Shown piece after piece: positions 47,629-57,367 of a stretch of 64,000 nt of DNA. Position 1 is the stretch's first letter; every line of letters starts with the position of its first letter. The position numbers were made by a program, and so were the translations under genes. Origin of the DNA: an uncultured Acidimicrobiaceae bacterium (lineage in GTDB: Bacteria > Actinomycetota > Acidimicrobiia > Acidimicrobiales > RAAP-2); contig CAIQOJ010000139.1 of NCBI GenBank assembly GCA_903873395.1, forward strand, positions 5,911 through 69,910, read 5' to 3'. A model generated the notes under the pieces. The model was not told where the DNA came from, made no database searches, and was given only the letters and a program-made list of their open reading frames with translations.

Positions 47629-48783
47629 CTACAGGGTAATGCCCAGCAAGGCAGCCCCTTGGGCTACGGATCTCCCGGCTGAGGCAACCTCATCAAGAGC
47701 GACCAAGGCACCCGGGGTGTCCAAGTCGTCATCGAGGAAAGAGCGGACAGCCTCCAGGCCACGGTCGGATCCTGCGTTGGCCGTGTCCGGCCCCTCACCG
47801 ACGGCTGATTGTGCCCTCCGCCACGCCTCCAGGCGAGACGTGGCATCGTCGAGGTCGGATGCCGACCACTGCCAGTCGTGACGGTAGTGATGGGAAAGAA
47901 GGGCCAACCGCACGACCATTGGCTCGTGGACAGGAAGGAGGTCACCCACGAAGACGAGGTTGCCCAACGACTTGGACATCTTGGTGCCGTCCAGACCGAC
48001 GAGGCCGATGTGCAGCCAGTGGCGGACGAACGGGGCACCAGTGGCCGACTCAGACTGAGCGGTCTCGCACTCGTGATGAGGAAACACCAGGTCCCTGCCA
48101 CCGCCGTGGACGTCGACCGTCTTGCCAAGATCTCGCAGGGCGAGCGCCGAACACTCGATGTGCCAGCCCGGTCGGCCAGGACCCCAGCGGGATTCCCATG
48201 CCGGCTCATCGGGGAGGGAAGGTTGCCAGAGCACGAAGTCAAGCGGGTTCCGTTTGTTCGGATCGCCGGGATTACCCCCATGCTCGGCCGCCATGGCGAG
48301 CATGGTGTCGCGGTCGAAATGACTGACCTTCCCGAAATCAGGGAAGGTCGTGACATCGAAGTAGACGGCCCCGCCCGACTGGTAGGCGTGACCTGATTCC
48401 AACACGGCACCTATCAAGGTGAGGATCTCGGGGATTGCCGAGGTGGCTCGGGGTTCCGAATAGGCCGGAAGTAGACCGAGCGCCGCCATGTCCCTGTCGA
48501 ACCGGGCGATCTCCTCGGCGGCCAGGTCGAGGTAGTGCACCCCACGCTCGCGCGCCTTGCGCAGGATGTCGTCGTCGACGTCGGTGACATTGCGGACACA
48601 ACGAGTGTCATGGCCGAGGTCGCGCAGACGCCGTTGGAGGATGTCGAAGGTCAAGTAGACCTGTGCGTGCCCGAGATGTGCAGCGTCGTAGGGCGTAATG
48701 CCACAGGAATAGAGAGTCACCAACTCTCCAGGTTCGAACGCAACGATCTCGGCTCGGGCGGTGTCATAGAGGCGCATGGTCAT
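47629..48783 (-). CDS. mshC: Cysteine:1D-myo-inosityl 2-amino-2-deoxy-alpha-D-glucopyranoside ligase (mycothiol ligase MshC); less likely a short CysRS
   Basis: Class I HIGH (AHLGHA) and KMSKS motifs. Length is only 384 aa, with no anticodon-binding extension. [22 protein letters not shown] resembles MshC rather than CysS. Confidence 0.7.
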   Translation of the reverse strand: MTMRLYDTARAEIVAFEPGELVTLYSCGITPYDAAHLGHAQVYLTFDILQRRLRDLGHDTRCVRNVTDVDDDILRKARERGVHYLDLAAEEIARFDRDMAALGLLPAYSEPRATSAIPEILTLIGAVLESGHAYQSGGAVYFDVTTFPDFGKVSHFDRDTMLAMAAEHGGNPGDPNKRNPLDFVLWQPSLPDEPAWESRWGPGRPGWHIECSALALRDLGKTVDVHGGGRDLVFPHHECETAQSESATGAPFVRHWLHIGLVGLDGTKMSKSLGNLVFVGDLLPVHEPMVVRLALLSHHYRHDWQWSASDLDDATSRLEAWRRAQSAVGEGPDTANAGSDRGLEAVRSFLDDDLDTPGALVALDEVASAGRSVAQGAALLGITL

Positions 48784-48817
48784 GATTGACCTGTTGGCGC
48801 AGCGACACGCACGACGT

Positions 48818-49477
48818 TCACGACGGATCGAATCCCGATAGCTGCACGGCTGCGTGCACCTTGTGCCGAATATTCACGGTGATGAGCACCGCTGTGAAGG
48901 CTTCGATGGCAGACGCCTGGGTCAAACTCCCGGCGTCAATGCCCCGAAGACCAGCGATCGTGTCAACGAGGGAGACCGTGGCCTTGGACGCTTCGGGGTG
49001 ATCCGAGCACACCAGCACGTCGGCCGCCATCGGGAGATCGAGTTTCTCCATGTCGGCTGCGGGAAGATGATGGAACGCCGCCGACACCAGCGAACGAGGC
49101 AGGGCGGCCTGCACCATGGCCGCCACTGAACCACGAGGTGGCACCAGGCCCAAGAACTCCCGACCTTCTTTCGCCAGAGCGTTGGCCATTGACACCACTA
49201 CCTTGCCGGCCAGAGCATCAGCCAACGGGCGAACCGTGGCCACGGCTCCGTCCCACGGGGTGGCCACCACAACCAGGTCACACTCAGCGCAGCCTTCGTT
49301 GGCAGTGCCGGTGATGTCCAGGTCTCGATCGGGCCAGGACGCCACGACATCGTGCGCTACCCCGGCGGCCCGATCGGCATCCCTCGACCCAAGCACGACA
49401 CGTTCGCCAGCCGCGGCCACGCGTACCGCGAGACCGCGGCCCGCAGGTCCCGTGCCACCCAGAATCCCGATTCGCAT
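48818..49477 (-). CDS. NADPH-dependent F420 reductase (NpdG-like, F420-dependent NADP oxidoreductase family)
   Basis: MRIGILGGTGPAGRGLA Rossmann N-terminus, ~220 aa, C-terminal IEAFTAVLITVN pattern typical of the family. Confidence 0.65.
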   Translation of the reverse strand: MRIGILGGTGPAGRGLAVRVAAAGERVVLGSRDADRAAGVAHDVVASWPDRDLDITGTANEGCAECDLVVVATPWDGAVATVRPLADALAGKVVVSMANALAKEGREFLGLVPPRGSVAAMVQAALPRSLVSAAFHHLPAADMEKLDLPMAADVLVCSDHPEASKATVSLVDTIAGLRGIDAGSLTQASAIEAFTAVLITVNIRHKVHAAVQLSGFDPS

Positions 49478-49581
49478 GCAGTCACCCTAGTTGTCGTCGC
49501 TCCGAGCGCCCTGCTGGGGGCGACCGCCAGTCCTTGCAGGGTCGGCACCGACCGTTTGCACCCCGGGTACCCTTTCCCTTC

Positions 49582-50370
49582 ATGGGACTACTTGAAGGCA
49601 AGCGCATCTTGGTGACCGGAGTGTTGACGGATGCCTCACTGGCCTTTGCGGTAGCCCGGAACGCCCAGGCCGAGGGTGCGGAGGTGGTGCTGAGCGGAGC
49701 AGGCAGAGCCTTGTCGCTCACCCGGCGAACGGCCAGAAAGCTTCCCGTGGAAGCAGACGTTTTGGAGATCGACGTCACCCAGCCCGAGCAGGTAGCTGCC
49801 GCCGGAGCCCAGTTGGCCGAACGGTGGGATCGCCTGGACGGTCTCCTCCATGCGATCGGCTACGCCCCACCCGAGTGCTTGGGCGGAGGCATGTTCCAAG
49901 CGGACTGGGACCAGGTCCAGACTGCCCTTCACATCTCGGCCTACTCCCTCAAAGCCCTCGTCGAAGCATTCCGGCCGATGCTGGCCGCTGCAGGTACAAA
50001 CGGTCGGCCCGGTGCATCGGTGGTCGGACTCGACTTCGATGCCACGGTCGCTTGGCCCATGTACGACTGGATGGGCGTGTCTAAGGCCACCTTGGAGTCA
50101 CTGTCGCGCTACTTGGCCAAGGAACTCGGGCCAGAGCGGATTCGGGTGAACTTGGTGGCCGCCGGGCCGGTCAAGACTATGGCGGCAAAGTCGATTCCTG
50201 GGTTCAGCGCGTTCGAGGACACCTGGTCCGAGCGCGCACCATTGGGATGGGACGTCCTGGACTCGGACGTGGTGGCTCGGGCGTGCGTGGCATTGTTCTC
50301 CGATCTCCTGCCCATGACCACCGGGGAGATCCTCCACGTCGACGGTGGCGTACACGCCACCGGAGCCTGA
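49582..50370 (+). CDS. fabI: NADH-dependent enoyl-ACP reductase (InhA/FabI type)
   Basis: MGLLEGKRILVTGVLTDASLAFAVAR, HAIGYAP, MGVSKATLES and NLVAAGPVKT..GEILHVDGG align along the whole length with M. tuberculosis InhA as I recall it. ATG 49582 preferred. Confidence 0.88.
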   Translation: MGLLEGKRILVTGVLTDASLAFAVARNAQAEGAEVVLSGAGRALSLTRRTARKLPVEADVLEIDVTQPEQVAAAGAQLAERWDRLDGLLHAIGYAPPECLGGGMFQADWDQVQTALHISAYSLKALVEAFRPMLAAAGTNGRPGASVVGLDFDATVAWPMYDWMGVSKATLESLSRYLAKELGPERIRVNLVAAGPVKTMAAKSIPGFSAFEDTWSERAPLGWDVLDSDVVARACVALFSDLLPMTTGEILHVDGGVHATGA

Positions 50371-50427
50371 CCGCCGACAACCCACGCCCCTCATCCGCCA
50401 GCAACCCGGTCAACCAGGAGGTTCACG

Positions 50428-50805
50428 ATGCTGACTCCCGACGAGCTCCGTGCGCTCATCGCCACCTACGTCAACGCCATCAATGCACGCGATGCGCAAG
50501 GTATTGCTGCGCTCTTCGCCGAAGACGCCGTGCAAGCCGACCCCGCAGACCAGCCTGCAGCCCTTGGCCGACCTGCCATCGCAGAGTTCTTCGCCAACGG
50601 CATTGCCGCCAGTGACAGCTGGGAGTTCCATGCGTCGGCCATCCACACCTGCGCATCGACAGTGGCCATCAACTTCGAGATCGCCGTTGTCATGGGTGAC
50701 TCAACGATGACCATCAGCGGCATCGAGGTGTTCGAAGTTGCCGAAGACGGTCTGTTCGCTTCCGTCCACGCCTACTGGGATCAAAACGACGTACGGATGG
50801 CCTGA
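50428..50805 (+). CDS. SnoaL-like / NTF2-fold protein (ketosteroid-isomerase-like)
   Basis: 125 aa. LRALIATYVNAINARDAQGIAALFAEDAV is typical of the SnoaL/KSI N-terminal helix. An AGGAGG Shine-Dalgarno lies at 50416-50421. Confidence 0.7.
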   Translation: MLTPDELRALIATYVNAINARDAQGIAALFAEDAVQADPADQPAALGRPAIAEFFANGIAASDSWEFHASAIHTCASTVAINFEIAVVMGDSTMTISGIEVFEVAEDGLFASVHAYWDQNDVRMA

Positions 50806-50840
50806 CGAGTTGCCGCCCGCAGCGACACAGACTCATGTCA

Positions 50841-50885
50841 CGCAGTCTGGGTTGACGCAGTCTGGGTTGACGCAGTCTGGGTTGA
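50841..50885. repeat. Perfect 15-bp tandem repeat x3, intergenic
   Basis: cgcagtctgggttga occurs three times in tandem, between the two SnoaL-like genes. Confidence 0.95.
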
Positions 50886-50942
50886 ACAGCCCGCGTGCAT
50901 GGATCTGGCCGAGGGACCTCGTCATCACAAGGAGCAGTGCCC

Positions 50943-51392
50943 GTGTCTGACACATCAACCCAGATTCACAACTTGTTGTTTCGTTACGCCGAGTGCATCG
51001 ACCTCGGCGACTTCGACGGCGTAGCCGACCTGCTTGCCGATGCCGAGGTCGGTGCCGCTGGTGGGCCCACCGTCACCGGGGAACGCGGCCTGACTGCCAT
51101 GTTTACCGCTACTACCCGGCGCTATGCCGATGGCACTCCGGGCACCAAGCACGTGACCACCAACGTGATCCTGGAGGCGGATGACGAGGCCGGAACAGCA
51201 ACCACGCGCTCGTACTGGACCGTGCTCCAAGCTGTACCTGGCCTTCCGCTCCAGCCGATCTTGGCCGGTCGCTACCACGATCGCTTCGTCCGTGTTCACG
51301 GCACCTGGCGGTTTGCCGAACGCCGCTACCTCATTGACCTGGTTGGGGACCTGAGTCACCACCTGCTCACGGCCTTGCCGGCAACGGACTGA
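50943..51392 (+). CDS. SnoaL_4-like NTF2-fold protein
   Basis: IHNLLFRYAECIDLGDFDGVADLLAD is typical of the SnoaL_4 group. GTG 50943 is preceded by AAGGAG at 50929-50934. The ORF opens at 50895. Confidence 0.7.
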   Translation: MSDTSTQIHNLLFRYAECIDLGDFDGVADLLADAEVGAAGGPTVTGERGLTAMFTATTRRYADGTPGTKHVTTNVILEADDEAGTATTRSYWTVLQAVPGLPLQPILAGRYHDRFVRVHGTWRFAERRYLIDLVGDLSHHLLTALPATD

Positions 51393-51470
51393 TCCTGGCG
51401 CCCACTGTCGCTACAGTTCGGCTCGGAACACCGCGCCCGGCGCACGGGCACACGATTGGGGGAACTGCAC

Positions 51471-52220
51471 ATGGATCGACTGGTCGGAACCGTGGCTGTC
51501 GTGACGGGAGGTGCGTCAGGGATCGGCGCCGCCTGCGCTGTCCGATTGGCCGCCGAGGGGGCCATTGTTGCCACCGTCGACATCGCCGATGGCGTGGATT
51601 ACGTGGTGGATGTCCGAGACGAGGCGGCCATCGAAGCGGCGTTTGCCGACGTGGTGGGCACTCATGGACGTCTCGATGCTGTCGTGCATGCGGCGGGCGT
51701 TGCCGGCGGGGGTCCCGTGCACCTGCTCGAACAAGATGAGTGGGACCGAGTGGTCGACATCAACATGAAGGGCACCTACCTGGTGGATAAGCATGCCGCC
51801 ATCCACATGCTTGCGGCAGGACGTGGCTCCATCGTCAACATCTCTTCCATTGAGGGCCTCGAAGGAACCGAGGGAGGCAGTGCCTACAACGCCTCCAAAG
51901 GCGGTGTGGTCACGCTGACCAAGTCGATGGCCATCGACTACGGCCGCAAGGGCATCCGTGTGAACTGCATCTGTCCCGGGGGCATCGATACCCCGCTGCT
52001 TCGTGACATCGTCGCCGCCCCAGGACTCGAATGCTACCGAGACGCCATGCGTGATGCCCACCTGCTCGGCCGATTCGGTCGGCCTGAGGAGATCGCAGCG
52101 GCGGCAGCCTTCTTGGCATCGGACGACGCTTCATTCATCACCGGCCATTCCCTCGTGGTCGACGGAGGGTTCACCGCCGGCCTGCAGGTCGGCCTGCTCG
52201 AGCAGATCGGATTGATGTGA
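51471..52220 (+). CDS. SDR family oxidoreductase (FabG-like)
   Basis: VAVVTGGASGIGAA (TGxxxGxG), NISS, YNASK (YxxxK) and PGGIDTP motifs. Confidence 0.9.
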   Translation: MDRLVGTVAVVTGGASGIGAACAVRLAAEGAIVATVDIADGVDYVVDVRDEAAIEAAFADVVGTHGRLDAVVHAAGVAGGGPVHLLEQDEWDRVVDINMKGTYLVDKHAAIHMLAAGRGSIVNISSIEGLEGTEGGSAYNASKGGVVTLTKSMAIDYGRKGIRVNCICPGGIDTPLLRDIVAAPGLECYRDAMRDAHLLGRFGRPEEIAAAAAFLASDDASFITGHSLVVDGGFTAGLQVGLLEQIGLM

Positions 52221-53389
52221 CCAGCACGATGACCGGGCCAGAGCGAGCCCGAACACTTCGAGACATGACAGCCGTCGAAGCGCCCGCCTGCGAAGAAGCT
52301 CGCACGCTAACCGACCGTGCCGTGTCGTCCCTGTGGGCCTCAGGTCTGATGCAGTGGGCCAACCCGTCGGCAGCCGGTGGCGACGAGCCTTCCTTCACTG
52401 AAATGATCGATACCTGGATCGAGCTTGCGTGGCAGGACGGCTCGCTCGGATGGATCGGCATTGCCAACCTACCGTCGGCTGCCGCATGTGCCGCCTACCT
52501 TCCCGATGAAGGGTTCGCAGAAGTATTCACGGAACACGGTAACGACGTCACCGTCGGCGGACAGTTCTTCCCGAATGGCGCAGGGGAACGGGTCGAGGGC
52601 GGTTATCGACTGACCGGGGCGTGGAACTTTGGATCGGGCACCGGTCACGCCCACTATGTCGCCGCCGGTTTCCTCCCCATGGAGAACGGCGAGATGGTCG
52701 TCGATGCCGACGGGATGCCTCCGCTCCTGGTGGCCGTCGTCCCTCGCGACGAGGTCGTCTTCACCGACGGCTGGCACGTGCAGGGTCTGAAGGGCACGGG
52801 CAGCTACGACTACAACGTCACTGATGTGTTCGTTCCTGAGACGCGAACCTTTGAGCTCTTCAGCCGAGATCCACACCGAGGGGATTCGGCCGTCTTTCGC
52901 ATGGGTCTCATGCCGGTGACGGCTGCTGGCCATGCATCGTGGGCGCTCGGAGTGGCCAAGAGCATGCTCGATGACGTCCAGGACCTGGCTGTCACGAAGG
53001 TGCGCATGGGGGATGACGGTTCGATCGCCAACCGCACCACGTTCCAGAGGGACCTGGCTCACCACACCGCCATGTGGAAGGCGGCGCGGCTGTTGGTCGT
53101 GGACACGTTCGCCGACGTCGAAGCCGCGGTGGCAAGCGGGCAAGAACTGACCCCCACCCGTCGAGCCGACATGCGTGTTGCCGCCACCTACGCAACGGAT
53201 GCCAGCCGAGAGATAGTCCAGTGGGCACACTTGGCGGCTGGCACATCGGCCATCCGTCAGGGATCGCGGCTCGAGCGAGCTTTCCGAGACCTCTACACCG
53301 GCACCCAGCATGTCTTCATCGGCGAGAAGACCTACACCGATGCAGCAAGGATCTATCTCGGTCTCATCGACGATCAGTTCGGCTTGTAG
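52217..53389 (+). CDS. Acyl-CoA dehydrogenase-fold protein, probably a flavin-dependent monooxygenase oxygenase component (HsaA/DszC-like group)
   Basis: 390 aa. Layout and blocks such as YRLTGAWNFGSGTGHAHYV and FRDLYTGTQHV resemble the ACAD-fold hydroxylase group. GTGA-type overlap with the SDR gene stop. Confidence 0.55.
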   Translation: MTSTMTGPERARTLRDMTAVEAPACEEARTLTDRAVSSLWASGLMQWANPSAAGGDEPSFTEMIDTWIELAWQDGSLGWIGIANLPSAAACAAYLPDEGFAEVFTEHGNDVTVGGQFFPNGAGERVEGGYRLTGAWNFGSGTGHAHYVAAGFLPMENGEMVVDADGMPPLLVAVVPRDEVVFTDGWHVQGLKGTGSYDYNVTDVFVPETRTFELFSRDPHRGDSAVFRMGLMPVTAAGHASWALGVAKSMLDDVQDLAVTKVRMGDDGSIANRTTFQRDLAHHTAMWKAARLLVVDTFADVEAAVASGQELTPTRRADMRVAATYATDASREIVQWAHLAAGTSAIRQGSRLERAFRDLYTGTQHVFIGEKTYTDAARIYLGLIDDQFGL

Positions 53390-53429
53390 TCGAAGCCACC
53401 TCAGCCCAGGAACCTCAGGACCAATGACC

Positions 53430-53515
53430 CCTGGGGTCGTGCGTCTGGGTCCTGCGTCTGGGTCCAGGGGTCTGGGGCCTGGAGCCTGGGGCCTGGGGTC
53501 TGGGGTCTGGGTCCA
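53430..53515 (+). repeat. G-rich degenerate heptamer/nonamer repeat (tggggyc), potential G-quadruplex
   Basis: GGGG runs at 53467-70, 53474-77, 53488-91, 53495-98 and 53502-05, plus GGG at 53509-11. Located between convergent genes. Confidence 0.85.
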
Positions 53516-53527
53516 GAGCAGTCAGGC

Positions 53528-54961
53528 CTAGAGCTGCATGGCCTTGGTCTCGAGGAACTCGTCAAGACCGTAGTCACCGAACTCGCGACCGTTGCCTGAC
53601 TGCTTATAGCCACCGAACGGGGCCATCGGATTGAAGTTGCCTCCGTTGACCTCGACCTGACCCGTCCGCAAGCGCCGAGCGACTGCCTTGGCATGGTCGG
53701 CATCGCCAGACCACACACCACCGGCCAGTCCATACTCGGTGTCGTTGGCGATCTCCACGGCCTCGTCCTCGGTGTCGTAGGGCATGAGGACCAATACAGG
53801 GCCGAAGATCTCCTCACGAGCGATCGTCATGTCCCGGGTGACACCGGAGAACACCGTGGGGCGGACGAAGAACCCTGCGTCAAGCCCGTCGGGCGCCTCG
53901 GCGCCACCCGTGACCAGCACGGCACCCTCGGCCACACCCTTGTCAATGTAGGAGCGGACCCGATCGCGCTGCGCGCCAGAGACAAGCGGGCCAAGGCGGG
54001 TGGCCGGATCGAAAGGGTCCCCGGGCACGAAGGTCTCAGCGGCAGTCCGCGCCAACTCTTCGGCCTCGGCGAGACGGTCGCGCGGAACCAGCATGCGGGT
54101 GAGCGCGCTGCACGTCTGCCCAGAGTTAAGGAAGCACTTGCCCACGCCGTCAGGCACCGCCACGGCAAGATCTGCGTCGGCCAGCAGCACGTTTGCCGAC
54201 TTCCCACCCAGTTCGAGCGCCACTCGCTTGACCGTTCCCGCAGCAACTTCGGTAACGCGCTTGCCGGCGCGGGTCGAGCCCGTGAAGGAGATCATGTCAA
54301 CGTCGGGATGGGCAGCGAGCGCCTCACCGACAACCGGACCGAATCCGGTGACCAGGTTGAAGACACCTGCCGGCACACCGGCCTCGGCCATGACGTCGGC
54401 CAAGACGAATGCATTGAGCGGTGCCACCTCTGATGGCTTGAGCACCACGGTGCACCCAGCGGCCAGGGCCGGAGCCACCTTGGCGGCAATCTGATGCAGG
54501 GGATAGTTCCACGGCGTGATAGCGCCAACAACGCCTACGGGCTCACGAACCACCAGTGAGTTCCCGACCTCTCGCTCCCACTCGAAGTCGGCCGCTACCT
54601 GCGCTGCGGTGGCGAACGAGTTGAAGGGAAGTCCGACCTGCACAAGTTGGGAGAGCATCCGGGGCATCCCGACCTCATGGGTGATCAGATCGGCGAGATC
54701 GTCCATGCGGGCACCCAGGCCTTCGGCCACTTTGGTCAGAAGGGCGGTGCGCTCCTCGAGAGGAGTAGTCGACCAGGCCGGAAACGCCGCCGATGCTGCC
54801 GCCACCGCACGTTCCACATCTTCGACGGTTCCCTCGGGGATCGTTCCCATCACGGCCTCGGTCGTCGAGTCGATGACCTCGATGACGCCGGTTCCCGTGG
54901 AGGGAATCCACGCTCCATCGATGTAGAGCTCGCTTCGGGTGGTGGGTGCAGAGGTCGACAT
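53528..54961 (-). CDS. NAD(P)-dependent aldehyde dehydrogenase
   Basis: [27 protein letters not shown] (catalytic Cys), EEIFGPVL and [11 protein letters not shown] motifs. ATG 54961 (MSTSAPT) preferred; the ORF opens at 55024. Confidence 0.93.
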   Translation of the reverse strand: MSTSAPTTRSELYIDGAWIPSTGTGVIEVIDSTTEAVMGTIPEGTVEDVERAVAAASAAFPAWSTTPLEERTALLTKVAEGLGARMDDLADLITHEVGMPRMLSQLVQVGLPFNSFATAAQVAADFEWEREVGNSLVVREPVGVVGAITPWNYPLHQIAAKVAPALAAGCTVVLKPSEVAPLNAFVLADVMAEAGVPAGVFNLVTGFGPVVGEALAAHPDVDMISFTGSTRAGKRVTEVAAGTVKRVALELGGKSANVLLADADLAVAVPDGVGKCFLNSGQTCSALTRMLVPRDRLAEAEELARTAAETFVPGDPFDPATRLGPLVSGAQRDRVRSYIDKGVAEGAVLVTGGAEAPDGLDAGFFVRPTVFSGVTRDMTIAREEIFGPVLVLMPYDTEDEAVEIANDTEYGLAGGVWSGDADHAKAVARRLRTGQVEVNGGNFNPMAPFGGYKQSGNGREFGDYGLDEFLETKAMQL

Positions 54962-55114
54962 GGTGCTCCTCGGGACGGGGCCGCCATGGACCCATTGGTG
55001 ATCTAACACTATCGGCAGCACCACGGTGATCGGTGCCGAACGAACTCACACAACCTCAACCATGCCAACGGCGACTACCTCAATCAGGTCAAGGGGGATC
55101 GCTACACTTTCCTG

Positions 55115-57280
55115 ATGCCCCCGGTCCTTGAACTCCACGATCTGCGGACCGAATTCAGGACACGCTCAGGGCCGGTGGTTGCCGTCGACGGCGTCTCGTT
55201 CGCTCTAGAAGAAGGTGAGTGCGTCGGCATCGTCGGCGAATCCGGCTGCGGTAAGACGACGACCGGGCTCTCCATCATGCGCCTGCTCCCCGACAACGCG
55301 GCCATCGCCGGTGGATCGATCACCCTTCTCGGGCAAGATCTCGCCAAGATCGACGATGCAGGCATGCGCCAGATCCGGGGCAACGAAGTCGCCCTCATCC
55401 CCCAGGACCCGATGACGGCGCTCAATCCGACGATGACCATCGGCCGCCAGATCGCCGAGGGAGTTCGCCTCCATCGGGGTGTGTCGAAGGACGAAGCCCG
55501 GCGACGGGCTCTCGAGGTGCTCCGTCAGGTGGAACTGCCCCAACCCGAAGAACGACTCGATCGCTACCCCCATGAACTCTCGGGCGGTCTTCGCCAGCGG
55601 GTGATGATCGCCATGGCGCTTGCATGCGAGCCCAAGGTCCTCATCGCCGACGAGCCCACAACCGCACTCGATGTCACCATCCAGGCGCAGATTCTCGATC
55701 TGCTCGACGACCTGCGTTCCCGCCTGTCCATGGCCGTTGTGTTGATCACCCATGACATGGGGGTGATCGCCGAACGGACTGACCGAGTTGTCGTCATGTA
55801 TGCGGGCACTGTGGCCGAAGAGGCGCAGACGGTCGACCTCTTCACCCGGATCCGTCACCCCTACACCGAGGCACTCTTGGCTTCGGTTCCCCGCCTCGAT
55901 CAACAACAGACGGATCGACTCCTCACCATCCCCGGCCTACCTCCCGACCTCTCAACCACGATCGTGGGGTGCCGTTTTGCGCCTCGTTGTCGCTACGCAA
56001 CCGAGACCTGCCGGACGACCGCCCCTCAGGTCACCACCGAGACCGATCCGGGCGGGGTGCCACATAGGTTCGCCTGCTTCCATCCTGTCGACCACGGAGA
56101 TCAGGGTGCATCGACTGCCCGCCTCAACGCCTCTCCCGTCGATCTCTCCCGTGTACCTAATGCCACTGCCATCACCGCTGCCGACACCTCTGCCGACGTC
56201 ATGGCCGACGTCATGGCCGACGCCGCGCCAGACACTTCTGGCGAACGGGGCCCACAAACCGAACCCCTGCTTGTCGTCGAGCACCTCGTCAAAGAGTTCC
56301 CAGTACTGAGCGGTGGCATCGTTCGCCGGCGCATCGGCACCGTCAAGGCCGTCTCCGGCGTCAGCCTGACCATCGGGCGTGGACAGACCTATGGCCTCGT
56401 AGGTGAGTCCGGTTGCGGCAAAACAACTGTTGGGCGACTCATCGTGGGCCTGGAGAGAGCGGACAGCGGGACCGTCCGATTCGAGGGAGATGACCTCTCG
56501 ACGCTGAGTCGCAGTGCCCTGCACCGCCGCCGGCGGGACCTGCAACTCATGTTCCAAGACCCCTACGCGTCCCTCGACCCACGTATGCGGGTGGGCACCA
56601 TCGTGCGAGAACCGCTGAAGGTCCATCGAGTGGGATCGGCGGCCGATCAAATGGACCGCGTCGGTGAGTTGCTCGGAGCGGTCGGCCTGGCCAGAGATGC
56701 CGCCTCTCGCTATCCCCACGAGTTCTCGGGTGGGCAACGTCAACGTATCGGCCTGGCTCGGGCCTTGGCTCTCGACCCCAAACTCATCGTCGCCGACGAA
56801 CCGGTGTCCGCCCTCGATGTCTCTATCCAGGCCCAGATCCTCAACCTCATGAAGGACCTGCAGTCGCGACTCGGGCTCACCTACGTCCTGGTTTCCCACG
56901 ATCTGGCAGTCGTCCGCTACATGGCTGATGCCATCGGGGTGATGTACCTGGGTCAGCTCGTAGAGACCGGACCTGCATCGACCATCTACGAGCGGCCGGC
57001 CCACCCCTACACCCGCGGCCTGCTCGACGCCGTGCCAACCACGGACGGGGCCGGGCTTGGAACGCCACGTCGAGGCTCCCTCATCTCTGGCGAACTCCCT
57101 TCAGCAATCAACCCACCCAGCGGTTGCCGCTTCTCCACCCGGTGCCCTGAATCTCAGGCGGTCTGCTCAGTCGAGGCCCCTCCCGTGCTCGAGTTTGGTA
57201 ACGGGCATCAAGCGGCCTGCCACTTCCCCCTGCAGACACCCGTCACGCTGACGCCGTCGGGGCGGACGACGCAGCTCTGA
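55115..57280 (+). CDS. Fused double ABC ATPase of a peptide/nickel (Dpp/Opp-type) transporter
   Basis: Two complete NBDs: Walker [10 protein letters not shown] twice, signatures LSGGLRQRV and FSGGQRQRI, and Walker [12 protein letters not shown] and [11 protein letters not shown]. Oligopeptide-type C-terminal Cys-containing extensions are present. Confidence 0.92.
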   Translation: MPPVLELHDLRTEFRTRSGPVVAVDGVSFALEEGECVGIVGESGCGKTTTGLSIMRLLPDNAAIAGGSITLLGQDLAKIDDAGMRQIRGNEVALIPQDPMTALNPTMTIGRQIAEGVRLHRGVSKDEARRRALEVLRQVELPQPEERLDRYPHELSGGLRQRVMIAMALACEPKVLIADEPTTALDVTIQAQILDLLDDLRSRLSMAVVLITHDMGVIAERTDRVVVMYAGTVAEEAQTVDLFTRIRHPYTEALLASVPRLDQQQTDRLLTIPGLPPDLSTTIVGCRFAPRCRYATETCRTTAPQVTTETDPGGVPHRFACFHPVDHGDQGASTARLNASPVDLSRVPNATAITAADTSADVMADVMADAAPDTSGERGPQTEPLLVVEHLVKEFPVLSGGIVRRRIGTVKAVSGVSLTIGRGQTYGLVGESGCGKTTVGRLIVGLERADSGTVRFEGDDLSTLSRSALHRRRRDLQLMFQDPYASLDPRMRVGTIVREPLKVHRVGSAADQMDRVGELLGAVGLARDAASRYPHEFSGGQRQRIGLARALALDPKLIVADEPVSALDVSIQAQILNLMKDLQSRLGLTYVLVSHDLAVVRYMADAIGVMYLGQLVETGPASTIYERPAHPYTRGLLDAVPTTDGAGLGTPRRGSLISGELPSAINPPSGCRFSTRCPESQAVCSVEAPPVLEFGNGHQAACHFPLQTPVTLTPSGRTTQL
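56192..56215. repeat. 12-bp tandem duplication in the inter-NBD linker
   Basis: gccgacgtcatg occurs twice, with a partial third copy. It encodes [10 protein letters not shown]. Confidence 0.85.
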
Positions 57281-57367
57281 GAGTTCTTATCGATGCAGTG
57301 CAGCCGGATGAACTCCAGACCATCCTTGAACCGGCGAACTGGCCGGTAGTCGGTCCCAGCACCTGCA

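Noticed and set aside
55952-57004. 350-aa minus-strand ORF
   Set aside because: Antisense to the second NBD of the fused ABC ATPase, which carries complete Walker and signature motifs. Shadow ORF.
57330-57347. 6-bp stem-loop accggc-gaactg-gccggt between the convergent ABC ATPase and permease genes
   Set aside because: The stem is too short and has no U tracts on either strand. I cannot support it as a bidirectional terminator.
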